A stretch of DNA of 64,000 nucleotides, from NCBI GenBank assembly GCA_965206645.1, contig CBDBKE010000003.1:608001-672000 (forward strand). Direction: 5' to 3'. Position numbers and translations under genes: made by a program. The notes beneath the pieces were generated by a model that did not search any database, was not told where the DNA came from, and saw nothing but the letters and a program-made list of their open reading frames with translations. Of the stretch, positions 31,461 to 41,536 are shown piece after piece; the stretch's first letter is position 1, and each line of letters begins with the position of its first letter. The stretch comes from Terriglobia bacterium (GTDB lineage Bacteria; Acidobacteriota; Terriglobia; JAJPHL01; JAPKYU01).

Positions 31461-32261
31461 ATGAAACAGCAACTGTTCGTACTGGGCGTCGTTGGCGCGG
31501 TGGCTGCAGTGTCGGCCCCGGCCTCCCGAATTGCGTCCTATGTAGATGACAACGGACGCCGGGTTTACGTGAATGCCGGGGAAGCAGCAAAGCAGGTCGC
31601 CTCAAAACGCAAGTCCAAGCCCAAGCAACGTTCTCGGCATAGCGTGTTGGTCCGGAGGGACCCATACACGAACCAGCTGGTTACGGTGCCGGCGCGCAAT
31701 GAGTCGTTGGGATTGTCCGGACCGGCGAAGGCCACACCCAAGCAACCCAAGGGCGCTGGGGCGCTCTCGGGCCCCGAAAACCGCACCACCCAGATGGCCG
31801 TGGACGAGCTCATCGTAAGCACGGCGGAACGACACTCCATTGATCCGGACTTGGTTCGGGCCGTCGTCAAGGTCGAGTCCAACTTCAACCCTGCCGCCGT
31901 ATCCCGCAAAGGCGCTACAGGACTCATGCAGTTAATGCCGACCACGGCACGACGCTTCGGTGTTGGGAACATATTTGACCCGGAGGAAAACCTGGACGGT
32001 GGGGTTCGCTATTTGAAGCACTTGCTGGGGCTTTTCGAGGGGAACTTGGCGCTTTCGCTGGCCGCTTACAACGCGGGAGAGAAGGCCGTGGCGCGCTATG
32101 GTGGCATCCCACCCTACCCGGAGACCCGGCGATACGTTCGCAAGGTTTCATCGCTGTACGGCAGGGGCTACGGGCTCAGGTCCCGGTCCCAGCGCCCCGT
32201 GATTATGAAATGGGTGGATGAGAGGGGCAGGGTGCACTTCAGCAACACCCAAGGATGGTGA
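31461..32261 (+). CDS. Lytic transglycosylase (SLT domain)
   Basis: VKVESNFNP.AVS.KGATGLMQLMP, LAAYNAG, PPYPETRRYV. Confidence 0.92.
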   Translation: MKQQLFVLGVVGAVAAVSAPASRIASYVDDNGRRVYVNAGEAAKQVASKRKSKPKQRSRHSVLVRRDPYTNQLVTVPARNESLGLSGPAKATPKQPKGAGALSGPENRTTQMAVDELIVSTAERHSIDPDLVRAVVKVESNFNPAAVSRKGATGLMQLMPTTARRFGVGNIFDPEENLDGGVRYLKHLLGLFEGNLALSLAAYNAGEKAVARYGGIPPYPETRRYVRKVSSLYGRGYGLRSRSQRPVIMKWVDERGRVHFSNTQGW

Positions 32262-34108
32262 GGGACAGCGAGAAAGTGCCCGGCAACAGGTCAACGCGTC
32301 TCCCGTGGATAGCAGCGGCCTTGCTGCTGTGCCTGCTTCCCGGTTCCGGCTTGGGCTCGACCGCCAAGAAGAAAGCGCAAGCCCGCGCCGAGTTCGGGAA
32401 GGCCGAGCGACTGAGGGCGGAACTCGAAGCCAAGCCTGAGGCGCGGCGTCGCCCCGCCGAGTACTTGGGGTTGATCCGGCTCTACGATCGGGCGCTGCAC
32501 CTGGGCCCCGCCATTGGAGAGGCCGACGATAGTGTGTTCGCCGCTGCCGAACTGTGGGCCGAGAAAGGGCGGCTGTTTAACGATCCGCAATCGCGGAAGC
32601 GCGCCGCGGAAAAATATCGCTTCCTGATCCGGGAGTACCCTTACAGCAAGTACCTGAAAAAAGCCAGGCTGGCCTTGAAAAAGCTGGAGAAGTCGGCCTC
32701 GGCAAAGAAGAGTTCCACCAAGCTGGCCCGTGTCACACAGATCCGCCATTGGGCCACCGCCAGCTACACCCGGGTGGTCATTGAACTGGATGGGCCGGTA
32801 GAGTATCGGCGCGCCCGCATCGCTAACCCCGAGCGAATTTTCTTTGACCTGTATGGGGCCCGGCTCAGCTCGAAAGTGCGAAATCGAACCCTGGGCGGCG
32901 ACGAGAGCCTGGTCCGGCGCATCCGGGTTGGCCAAAACCAGGCGGGTATCGCGCGCGTTGTGCTGGAAGTGGGTTCGGTGCGCGAGTGCTCCGCCTTCGT
33001 GTTGCCCAACCCCTTCCGCCTGGTGGTGGACATCAATGGCGGGCCGCCTCCTAAGCGGACCAAGTCCGCTTCAGCATCCAAGCCCTCCGCCGCTCCGTCC
33101 GGCAAAAGGCCCAAGGCGGTGTCGAGGGCGCCCAAGGCAGTGTCGAGGGTGCCCAAAGCAGTGTCGAAGACGAAGGAAGCGCGACGGGCCACTGCTTCCA
33201 CTGGCGGCCCTTCCGGCCGTCCGTCCGGGAAGCAAGCTGCCAATTCCGAGCCGCAGACCTCCAGCAAGAAGGCTGGGGCAGAAAAATCAACTAAGCAGGG
33301 TCCCGCGAAGAAAACCGAGGTAGCTGCCGCCACTCCGCCGCCCCCCCCGCGCCCTGCCCGGCCTACCAGCTCGGGCAAACGTTCTCTGACCCGCGCCTTG
33401 GGTCTGAAAGTCGGCCGCATTGTCATTGATCCCGGACACGGCGGCCACGACACAGGCACCATCGGCCCGACCGGGCTGATGGAAAAGGAAGTGGTGCTGG
33501 ACCTGGCACGGCGGCTCGGGACGCTGCTGGAAGAGCGGTTGGGCAGCGAGGTTGTCTACACCCGGGAGAAGGACACGTTTGTCCCGCTGGAGAAGCGCAC
33601 CGCCATCGCCAACCAGAAGCAGGCCGACCTGTTCGTCTCCCTTCACGCCAACTCCAGCCGCAACCGCGCCATTCGCGGCATTGAGACCTATTATTTGAAC
33701 TTCACCAGCTCCGCGAATGCCCTGGAAGTCGCGGCGCGGGAGAACGCCGTTTCGGAAAAGTCCATCCACGAGTTGCAGGACCTGGTGAAGAAGATCACCA
33801 TGAAAGAGAAGCTGGAGGAGTCTCGCGAGTTCGCGGCGCAGATGCAGCGGGCGCTGGTGAGGGGCATGGCGCGCCGCAACGGGCTGCGCAACCGCGGCGT
33901 GAAGAAAGCGCCGTTCATCGTGCTGATCGGCGCCCAGATGCCATCCGCCCTGGCGGAAATCTCCTTCCTCAGCAACCGCACCGACGAACGGCTGCTCCGC
34001 AAACCAGCATACCGGCAGAAGATGGCCGAGGCGCTGTACCGCGGTATCCAGCGCTACGCCAATTCCCTGGGCGGGGTGAAAGTCGCCCAGAGCCGGCCGG
34101 GCGAGTAA
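32255..34108 (+). CDS. N-acetylmuramoyl-L-alanine amidase (AMIN plus Amidase_3)
   Basis: YTRVVIEL..NPERIFFDL; IVIDPGHGGHD, EKEVVL, FVSLHAN, LAEISFLSN. Confidence 0.95.
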   Translation: MVRDSEKVPGNRSTRLPWIAAALLLCLLPGSGLGSTAKKKAQARAEFGKAERLRAELEAKPEARRRPAEYLGLIRLYDRALHLGPAIGEADDSVFAAAELWAEKGRLFNDPQSRKRAAEKYRFLIREYPYSKYLKKARLALKKLEKSASAKKSSTKLARVTQIRHWATASYTRVVIELDGPVEYRRARIANPERIFFDLYGARLSSKVRNRTLGGDESLVRRIRVGQNQAGIARVVLEVGSVRECSAFVLPNPFRLVVDINGGPPPKRTKSASASKPSAAPSGKRPKAVSRAPKAVSRVPKAVSKTKEARRATASTGGPSGRPSGKQAANSEPQTSSKKAGAEKSTKQGPAKKTEVAAATPPPPPRPARPTSSGKRSLTRALGLKVGRIVIDPGHGGHDTGTIGPTGLMEKEVVLDLARRLGTLLEERLGSEVVYTREKDTFVPLEKRTAIANQKQADLFVSLHANSSRNRAIRGIETYYLNFTSSANALEVAARENAVSEKSIHELQDLVKKITMKEKLEESREFAAQMQRALVRGMARRNGLRNRGVKKAPFIVLIGAQMPSALAEISFLSNRTDERLLRKPAYRQKMAEALYRGIQRYANSLGGVKVAQSRPGE

Positions 34109-34184
34109 CCCAAACCGCAGATCGTATCTCTCCGGGTCCGTGAACGGTCAGCGATTCACGGTTGCCGCAACAGATCGCTTGTTG

Positions 34185-35618
34185 TCACCCCAACATCAGG
34201 TAGCAGACCGTCGTGATGACTGCCACGCCGGCCAGGTTAAGCACGAAGCCCTCGCGGATCATGGTGAGAATCGTCAAGCGGTCGGTGCCGAAGACGATGG
34301 CATTGGGCGGTGTGGCCACCGGCAACATGAAAGCGCAACTGGCGCTGACCGCCGCAGGGACCATGAGCAGGGCTGGGTCAAGCTGGGCCACCTTGCCTGC
34401 CTCGAATAGAACAGGCATGAGCAACACGGTGGTAGCAGTATTGGAGGTAATCTCAGTCAAGAACGTCACGCACAAGCAGATCACGCCGATCATGAGCCAG
34501 ACGGGGAGGGCTTGAAGGCCCTCCAGCGACTGTCCCATGACACCGGCCAGCCCCGACTCTTTGAACGCGGTGCCGATCACCAGGCCACCGCCAAACAGGA
34601 GCAGTATCCCCCAGGGGATGTTGACGGCAGTTTGCCAATCCAGCAGTCGTCCGCCCTTTCCGTCGGACACGATGAACATCACCACGACCATGAGCAAAGC
34701 GACGGTACTGTCGCCAACCAAAACCTCGTTTTGTCCGCCCCAGAACTGCTGCAGGAAACCGCCCCAGCCTCCGAAAGGCCCCCTTCTGGTGATCCACAAC
34801 AGGGCCGTGAGCACCAGGACGATCATCACTCGTGTCTCCGCCTTCGTGCGAAGTCCGCAGTCGGGTAATTCAATTCGGCGGGCTTTGCGCAGCTTGCGTG
34901 TCAGCCACAACCACGCCAGCGGCACGAACACCAGCACCACCGGCAGGCCGATCATCATCCATTGGGCAAAAGTCCACGGCTCACCCAGGCGTTGCCCCGT
35001 ATTGCGAACGTGATCCCCTAAGGCCTGATCGTAGTAGGCCATAAAGTAGGCGTTGGGCGGGGAGCCGATGGGAGTGCCAAGCCCGCCGATGCTTGCCGCA
35101 TAAGCGATGCCCAGTAACAGTGGCACGGCTAGTTCCTCGTCATCGGCTTGCTCGAGCACTGCCAGGGCGATCGGAAGCAGCATAAGCGTCGTGGCGGTGT
35201 TGGTAATCCACATGCTAAGAGCGGCCGAGGCGATCATGAAGCCCAGCACCAGCCAACGACCGCCCGCGCCGCCCACCATCCGGCACAAGCCCAGCGCTAC
35301 CCGCCGGTGCGCGCCGCTTTTCTCCATCGCCCGGGACAGCATGAACCCGCCCATAAACAGGAGGATAATGTAGTGGCCGTAGCTGGTAGCAACTTGCTTG
35401 TACGTCAACACACCTACCAGGGGAAACACCGCAAACGGGATGATCGAGGTGGCAGGGATGGGGATCGGTTCGAAGATCCACCAGATTGCGCAGAGGCAGG
35501 TAATGGCAGCCGTCCAGCAGACGGCGGGCTCCAGTTGCACTCCGATGCGCAGCGCCAGCCACAGAGCCGCCGCACCAGTCGGCCCGCCGATCAGGGCCAC
35601 TGTTTTCCGATCCGGCAC
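34185..35618 (-). CDS. SLC13/DASS family di/tricarboxylate or sulfate transporter
   Basis: SMWITNTAT, AYAASIGGLGTPIGSPPN, TEITSNTAT, CAFMLPVATPPNAIV; GTG start assumed. Confidence 0.93.
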   Translation of the reverse strand: MPDRKTVALIGGPTGAAALWLALRIGVQLEPAVCWTAAITCLCAIWWIFEPIPIPATSIIPFAVFPLVGVLTYKQVATSYGHYIILLFMGGFMLSRAMEKSGAHRRVALGLCRMVGGAGGRWLVLGFMIASAALSMWITNTATTLMLLPIALAVLEQADDEELAVPLLLGIAYAASIGGLGTPIGSPPNAYFMAYYDQALGDHVRNTGQRLGEPWTFAQWMMIGLPVVLVFVPLAWLWLTRKLRKARRIELPDCGLRTKAETRVMIVLVLTALLWITRRGPFGGWGGFLQQFWGGQNEVLVGDSTVALLMVVVMFIVSDGKGGRLLDWQTAVNIPWGILLLFGGGLVIGTAFKESGLAGVMGQSLEGLQALPVWLMIGVICLCVTFLTEITSNTATTVLLMPVLFEAGKVAQLDPALLMVPAAVSASCAFMLPVATPPNAIVFGTDRLTILTMIREGFVLNLAGVAVITTVCYLMLG

Positions 35619-35758
35619 GAACGAGATGCTACAACGGAACAGATAGGACGCACAAATCCCCTTTGAGCAGAGAGCGAACTGAGGACTGCGCCGAATTGAT
35701 GGGCAAGAAGTATGGCAAAACCCGGCGGGGGCCATGGTACAACAGGCGCCGAGGCTCG

Positions 35759-37447
35759 ATGGAGCAGCAAGCCGCAGTTGGAAACGCGTCGGCCGTCATG
35801 ACCGCCCAATCCGCATTCCGCGCTCCACACCTGCGAGCGCTGCCCCCCCTTGCGTTTGCACTACTGCTGCTAGGGATCATTTTCCTGCTCCGCATTTTTT
35901 ACGCCGGTTATGTGTGGGCCGACGAGGGACTGTGGTTCACGGCGGCGCAGGAACTACTGCGGGGCAAGGCGCTCTATTCGGAAATTTGGTTTGATAAGCC
36001 GCCGGCAGTGGCTTGGCTCTATGCCGCGTTGTTTGCGCTGGCAGGCCCAAGCCTGCTGGCCGTGCGCCTGTTCACCATCTTCTATGCCACTCTGGTGGCG
36101 CTGGCCCTGTGGCACATGGGCCGTCGCTTTTGGGGCGACGAGGAAGGCCGATTGGCAGCCTTGCTCTACGCCTTGTACAACGCCACCTACCTTCATTCCC
36201 AGGTTCAGCCGTTGGCGGTGGATCACTTGCTATTGCTGCCCTACCTCTACGCGGGATTTTTCTTCCTGTACGGGCGAAGCTTCTGGAGTGGCCTGCTGGT
36301 GGCCGTCGCCTTCTGGCTGAATCCGAAGGCGCTGGTCCTTTGCTTGTTTTTCGTCGCCGTCGAATTGCTGCTTCCCAAGTTCCGCACTCTTGCTGGCGAC
36401 CAGGCTGGACCGCTGCGGCGGTGGGGGTTGTTGCTGGCCGGCTTTCTGGCCGGATGCGCGCCGTGGGTGGCCTACTTGCTGGTAGACGGCAAGTGGGCCG
36501 ACTACCTGCGGGAGTTCTGGGGTTGGGGATGGAGCTACGTCACCGTGTACTCGCCGGTGACTGGGGTGCTGACCGGCTTGCGCAAGACGCTGAACTACGC
36601 GGGTTTTCATTTCGCTCTGTTTCTGGGGCTGGCGCTTCTGCTGGCGTATTTCCCGCGGGGCAAGGCCACTCCGGAGCGCGAAGTTTCCCACGCTGTCTGG
36701 CTCTGGCTGGGGGCTTCCTTCCTGGGGGTGGCCATTGGCGGGCGATTTTTTCCGCGCTACTTTTACCAGGTGTTGCCGTTTCTTTGCCTGCTGGCCGCGC
36801 GCGGCTACAGGCTCGCGCGGCAGGCTGGCGAGTGGCTGCCGGAAAAGAAGAGCGTTCGGATCAACGCCGCCCTGCGCGTGCTGTTTTGGGCGGGCATCGT
36901 CTTCGCCCTGGTCTGGTTCCACAATCGGACCGCAGTGCGCGCCTATGAGCTTGTCACCGGCCGCTCTACGACCTACATGGCCACCTGGGATGATCCAGCA
37001 ATTGACCAAGACAGCCGCCGGATCGCTCGTCGCCTGCTATGGGAAGAGAAGCGAAGGGGAACCGCAGAAGGATCGGCGGCGCGGTCGCCGGCCAACCTGG
37101 GGCACGGGCCCTCGCTGTTTGTCTGGGGGTATCGGCCGGAAATCTACTTCTACTGCGGCTGCCCGCCTGCCTCAAAATTTCTCAGTTCGCAGCCGCTGAC
37201 CGGGGTGCCCGCCGACATTCACCTGGTCCAGTCGCGCAGCGTGGCACCCAAACGAGCGGCCGAGAATCGCCGCCTTCTCCTTCGCGAACTCCAAGCGTCT
37301 CGGCCTGACTACATCGTGGACGGCCTGGGCCTGTACAACACGGAGCTCGCGATGGAAATGTATCCCGAGCTGGGCGCCTTCCTCCATCGGCATTACCGCC
37401 CCCTTGCCCAGCTCGGCTGGGGCGCGATCTATTCCAGGAAAAGGTAG
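35759..37447 (+). CDS. GT-C fold membrane glycosyltransferase (ArnT/GT39-like)
   Basis: DEGLW...G..LY...DKPP, many TMs, GGRFFPRYF, LFVWGYRPEIY. Confidence 0.8.
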   Translation: MEQQAAVGNASAVMTAQSAFRAPHLRALPPLAFALLLLGIIFLLRIFYAGYVWADEGLWFTAAQELLRGKALYSEIWFDKPPAVAWLYAALFALAGPSLLAVRLFTIFYATLVALALWHMGRRFWGDEEGRLAALLYALYNATYLHSQVQPLAVDHLLLLPYLYAGFFFLYGRSFWSGLLVAVAFWLNPKALVLCLFFVAVELLLPKFRTLAGDQAGPLRRWGLLLAGFLAGCAPWVAYLLVDGKWADYLREFWGWGWSYVTVYSPVTGVLTGLRKTLNYAGFHFALFLGLALLLAYFPRGKATPEREVSHAVWLWLGASFLGVAIGGRFFPRYFYQVLPFLCLLAARGYRLARQAGEWLPEKKSVRINAALRVLFWAGIVFALVWFHNRTAVRAYELVTGRSTTYMATWDDPAIDQDSRRIARRLLWEEKRRGTAEGSAARSPANLGHGPSLFVWGYRPEIYFYCGCPPASKFLSSQPLTGVPADIHLVQSRSVAPKRAAENRRLLLRELQASRPDYIVDGLGLYNTELAMEMYPELGAFLHRHYRPLAQLGWGAIYSRKR

Positions 37448-37542
37448 TGGCCTAGGCGCGGCGCCAGCCGCGCGCCACTTGGAAGTCCTTGTCTCAGTCA
37501 ATGGTCAGGGCCGAACTTGGCCGGATGGTAGTAAGTCGCTTG

Positions 37543-38319
37543 CTACGACTCAGGGAGGTCGAGGCCGAACTGCTTCACGACTGCGGTAAGGGAGTCGCCG
37601 ATGTGCTCTCGAAGCACGACGTCAGCGATTCGATCCAGCGGCGTCTCCGTCCTGTTGAGGATCACCAGGCGGGCGCCACTCCGCTTGGCCTGCAAAGGCA
37701 GTGAGGCGGCCGGCTCCACCACTAGCGAGGAGCCGATGGCCAGCATCAGGTTAGTGCCCGCGCAAAGGTTGCAGGCCTCCGACAGCACGTCCTGGGGCAG
37801 CGTTTGCCCGAACGAGACGGTGGCCGATTTCAACGGACCCCCACAGCTGTCGCACAGGGGAATCTCTTCCCCGTTCTCCAGGCGCGCCTGGATTGCATCC
37901 GGGTCGTACCGGGCCTCGCACTGCAGGCAGACGACCGAGCGGCTTGTGCCATGCAGCTCCAGAACTCGCCGGCTGCCGGCATCCTGGTGCAGCCCGTCAA
38001 TGTTTTGCGTTATCACCGCTACCAGCTTGCCTGCTGCTTCCAGTCGGGCCAGGGCCCGGTGCCCCGCATTGGGCTTGGCGCGGCGCATTTCCCAGTAGCC
38101 TTCCTTTTTCATGCGCCAGTACTGGCGGCGGGCATCGGCGCGGGCCAGGAAATCCTGGAACATCACGGGCTGGTACTTGCTCCACACACCTCCGGGGCTG
38201 CGGAAATCTGACACGCCGCTTTCGGTGCTGATCCCCGCTCCGGTGAAGGCCACAACCCGGTGGGATTCCGACAGGTAGCGGGCAATCTGCTGGGTGGGGC
38301 GGTTGGAGTTGGACGACAC
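37543..38319 (-). CDS. cobB: Sir2 family NAD-dependent deacylase
   Basis: TGAGISTESG..DFR, ITQNIDGLHQ, LHG, CLQC..CDSC, GSSLVVEPA. Confidence 0.93.
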   Translation of the reverse strand: MSSNSNRPTQQIARYLSESHRVVAFTGAGISTESGVSDFRSPGGVWSKYQPVMFQDFLARADARRQYWRMKKEGYWEMRRAKPNAGHRALARLEAAGKLVAVITQNIDGLHQDAGSRRVLELHGTSRSVVCLQCEARYDPDAIQARLENGEEIPLCDSCGGPLKSATVSFGQTLPQDVLSEACNLCAGTNLMLAIGSSLVVEPAASLPLQAKRSGARLVILNRTETPLDRIADVVLREHIGDSLTAVVKQFGLDLPES

Positions 38320-38481
38320 TCAGTCCTCGACCGAGAGCTCGCAGACTTCCCGGCAACCCTCGCAGTAATAGCAGCCGTCGAAGCACAGCCGCACGTTTTC
38401 ATCCGACTTGCAGATGGTGCAGAACTTATCGCACTGGCACGATACTTCGTGCTTGTCACACATGGAGCAGACATAGGGCAT
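38320..38481 (-). CDS. 53-aa cysteine-rich small protein (11 Cys), below ORF-track cutoff
   Basis: MPYVCSMCDKHEVSCQCDKFCTICKSDENVRLCFDGCYYCEGCREVCELSVED*; TGA directly abuts the cobB GTG. Confidence 0.75.
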   Translation of the reverse strand: MPYVCSMCDKHEVSCQCDKFCTICKSDENVRLCFDGCYYCEGCREVCELSVED

Positions 38482-38596
38482 CGCCCGTATTTTACACCTG
38501 GTCCATTCGCTTCCGCCGCGCGTAGTTTGACGGTGCCCCCGGCGCTATACTAGGCTTGGTGCCCGTGAGAGCCGCTCCATCCTGCCGGAGGCCTTC

Positions 38597-39757
38597 TTGA
38601 GCGGTCCCCCGCATCGCACCGCGCTGCATGCCGTGCACAAGCGGATGGGCGCCCGGATGGTGCCCTTCGGAGGCTGGGAGATGCCGCTCCAGTACAGCGG
38701 CATCGTGGAAGAACACCTGGCGGTCCGCACGCGCGCCGGTCTGTTCGACGTCAGCCACATGGGCCAGATCGAAGTGCGGGGCCGCGACGCCCTGCGCCTG
38801 GTGCAACACGTCACTTCGAACGATGCGGCCCGCCTGGCTATCGGGCAGGCGCAGTACAGCGGCCTGATGTACCCGCAGGGCACGCTGGCGGACGACCTGC
38901 TGGTGCATAAGCTGGCCGATGACCACTTCCTGCTGGTGGTCAATGCAGCCAATCAGGAGCGCGACTTCAACTGGATTTGCGAGCAGAACCGCTTCCACGC
39001 CGAAGTGTGCAACACCGGCGCCCAGTATTCCCAGCTGGCCGTGCAGGGCCCGCAATCTACGTCCATCTTGCAGAGGCTGACCGACACCGACCTGGGCGCT
39101 CTCGGTTACTACTGGTTTGCGCGCGGCGCCGTGGACGGGGCAGAATGCCTCCTGGCGCGCACCGGCTACACTGGTGAAGACGGCTTTGAACTCTACTTCG
39201 CGCCGTCGGAATCCGAGCGCCTCTGGTACAGGCTGCTGGAAGTGGGGCGCGGGCACGGCCTGGTCCCCTGCGGACTGGGGGCGCGCAACACTCTGCGCCT
39301 GGAAGCCAAGATGGCTCTTTACGGGCATGAAATTGACGAAACCCACACACCGCTGGAAGCCGACCTCGGCTGGATCTGCAAGTTGGACAAGGGCGAGTTC
39401 CTGGGCCGGGAGACCCTGGTGCACCAGAAGCAGCACGGGGTGCGCCGCCGCCTGGTCGGCTTCCAAATGACCGAACGCGGGATCGCCCGAGACGGCTATC
39501 CGGTGTATGTGGAGGGTACCGAGGTCGGCTACGTCACCAGCGGCTCGCCCGCCCCTTTCCTGCGAACGAATATCGGGCTGGCCTACCTGCCGTCAGAGCT
39601 GGCGCAGGTGGGTGGGGAAATCCGGATCGGGGTCCGCAACCAGCGCGTCGCGGCGCGCATTGTCGAGACGCCCTTTTACAAGAGGAAGCGGCCAAACAAA
39701 CACGAGGCCAAGCCGGGGTCAAACAAACACGAGGCGAAGCCGGACGGCACCAAATAA
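38597..39757 (+). CDS. gcvT: Glycine cleavage system aminomethyltransferase T
   Basis: MVPFGGWEMPLQY, LFDVSHMG, RTGYTGEDGFE, GLGARNTLRLEA. Confidence 0.97.
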   Translation: MSGPPHRTALHAVHKRMGARMVPFGGWEMPLQYSGIVEEHLAVRTRAGLFDVSHMGQIEVRGRDALRLVQHVTSNDAARLAIGQAQYSGLMYPQGTLADDLLVHKLADDHFLLVVNAANQERDFNWICEQNRFHAEVCNTGAQYSQLAVQGPQSTSILQRLTDTDLGALGYYWFARGAVDGAECLLARTGYTGEDGFELYFAPSESERLWYRLLEVGRGHGLVPCGLGARNTLRLEAKMALYGHEIDETHTPLEADLGWICKLDKGEFLGRETLVHQKQHGVRRRLVGFQMTERGIARDGYPVYVEGTEVGYVTSGSPAPFLRTNIGLAYLPSELAQVGGEIRIGVRNQRVAARIVETPFYKRKRPNKHEAKPGSNKHEAKPDGTK

Positions 39758-39758
39758 A

Positions 39759-40154
39759 ATGGCGGCCTATCCCCCCAATTGCCGCTACACGCGCGAGCAC
39801 GAGTGGATTCGAGTGGAAGGCGAGACCGGCACCGTCGGCATCACGGACCATGCCCAGAAGCAGTTGGGCGATATCGTGTACCTGGAGTTGCCTCGCGTCG
39901 GTGACCGCTTCCAGGCCGGTCAGCCCCTGGGCACGGTAGAGTCGGTCAAGGCGGTCTCGGAAATTTTTGCCCCGGTCAATTGCGAGGTCCTGGACGCCAA
40001 TGAAAAGCTGACCGGCAGCCCTGAGCTGCTCAACCAGGATCCGCACGGGGAGGCCTGGCTGGTCAAGGTCCGCCTGATGAACCCCGCTGAGCTGGCAGAT
40101 CTGCTCAGTGCCGAGCAGTACGAAGGCTATATCGCGGAGGAGGAAGAACAGTGA
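39759..40154 (+). CDS. gcvH: Glycine cleavage system H protein
   Basis: YTREHEW, VGITDHAQ..LGDIVY, VESVKAVSE lipoyl site. Confidence 0.97.
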   Translation: MAAYPPNCRYTREHEWIRVEGETGTVGITDHAQKQLGDIVYLELPRVGDRFQAGQPLGTVESVKAVSEIFAPVNCEVLDANEKLTGSPELLNQDPHGEAWLVKVRLMNPAELADLLSAEQYEGYIAEEEEQ

Positions 40155-40227
40155 AGAGCGGTGCCTGAAGAGTGAAGGAAGAGTGAAGGAATCAAAGCCC
40201 GTTCACTCTTCATCGGCACTCTTCACT
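40151..40227. repeat. Inverted GTGAAGA-repeat hairpin between gcvH and gcvPA
   Basis: agtgaagagcggtgcctgaagagtgaa ... ttcactcttcatcggcactcttcact. Confidence 0.7.
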
Positions 40228-40234
40228 CAAGAAC

Positions 40235-41536
40235 ATGCGCTATCTGCCCAAGTCGGAGTCGGAACGGCAGCAGATGCTGGAGTCGCTGGGACTCAGGCAC
40301 GTGGAGGAGCTGTTTGCCTCGATCCCCGACGAGGTCCGCTTACAGCGGGGGCTGAACATTCCCGATGGCATCTCTGAATTTGACCTCGTGCGGTATTTCC
40401 GCGAGTGGGCGCGGGAGAATGCGAGTGGTTATGTATCGTTCCTCGGCGCGGGGGTGTACCCGCATTTCCGGCCGGTGGTGGTGGATGCGCTGATCTCGCG
40501 CAGCGAATTTTACACCGCCTACACGCCCTACCAGGCGGAGATCTCCCAAGGCACGCTGCAATCCATCTTCGAGTTCCAGACCATGATCTGCCAGCTGACC
40601 GGGACCGAGGTGGCCAACGCCTCGATGTACGACGGCTCTAGCGCGCTGGCCGAGGCGGTACTGATGGCGGCGCGGATAACCCGGCGCTCGAGGGTGCTGG
40701 TGGCGCGCTCCGTCCACCCGGAATACCGGCAGGTGCTGGCCACCTACATACGCCATCAAGGGATTGAGGTGCGGGAGCTGGAATACGACCGCCGGGACGG
40801 CACGCTCGCACCGTTTTCGGTGCCGGAGGATCTGGCGGCGGTCGTCGTACAGTCCCCGAACTTCTTCGGTGTAGTGGAGGACGTGGAGCGGGCGGCGGAA
40901 ATCGCCCGCGCTTCCGGGGCGCTGCTAGTGGTGGCAATCGCAGAACCGGTCTCGCTGGGCGTGCTGCGGCCCCCGGCCGCTGCCGACATCGTCGCCATGG
41001 AGATTCAGGGCCTGGGTATTCCGGCCAGTTACGGCGGTCCCTACGCCGGGGTGATCGCCACGCGGGAGAAGTACGTGCGCAGCCTCCCCGGGCGCCTCGT
41101 CGGGCAGACCACCGACGTCGAGGGCCGCCCCGGCTTCTGCCTGACGCTGGCCACCCGCGAGCAGCATATTCGCCGCGAGAAGGCCACGTCCAACATCTGC
41201 ACCAACCAGGCGCTGTGCGCTCTGGCGGCTACCATCTTCATGACCGTCTACGGCAAGGAAGGCTTGCGGGAGCTGGCCCGCCACAACCTGGCCAAGGCGC
41301 ACTGCGCTGCCTCCGGCCTGAATCTACAGTTCTCCGGGCCTTTCTTTAACGAGTTCGTAGTGACCCTGAGGCCAGGCGAAGCCGACAGGAAGCTTCAGGC
41401 ACTGCGTGAGAAGAAGATTCTGGGCGGCCTGGACCTGAGGCCGTTCTACCCGGAACTGGGCGAGGCGCTGTTGCTGTGCGTGACCGAGGTCCACACCAGG
41501 GAGCAGCTTGACCAACTGGTCGAAGTGCTAGCATGA
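40235..41536 (+). CDS. gcvPA: Glycine dehydrogenase subunit 1
   Basis: TAYTPYQAEISQGTLQ, NASMYDG, REQHIRREKATSNICTNQ. Confidence 0.97.
   Translation: MRYLPKSESERQQMLESLGLRHVEELFASIPDEVRLQRGLNIPDGISEFDLVRYFREWARENASGYVSFLGAGVYPHFRPVVVDALISRSEFYTAYTPYQAEISQGTLQSIFEFQTMICQLTGTEVANASMYDGSSALAEAVLMAARITRRSRVLVARSVHPEYRQVLATYIRHQGIEVRELEYDRRDGTLAPFSVPEDLAAVVVQSPNFFGVVEDVERAAEIARASGALLVVAIAEPVSLGVLRPPAAADIVAMEIQGLGIPASYGGPYAGVIATREKYVRSLPGRLVGQTTDVEGRPGFCLTLATREQHIRREKATSNICTNQALCALAATIFMTVYGKEGLRELARHNLAKAHCAASGLNLQFSGPFFNEFVVTLRPGEADRKLQALREKKILGGLDLRPFYPELGEALLLCVTEVHTREQLDQLVEVLA

Noticed and set aside
33340-33349. C-run in the amidase as a phase-variation tract
   Set aside because: Short and explained by a polyproline linker.
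38482-38596. Glycine riboswitch before gcvT
   Set aside because: Short divergent promoter region without recognisable aptamer motifs.
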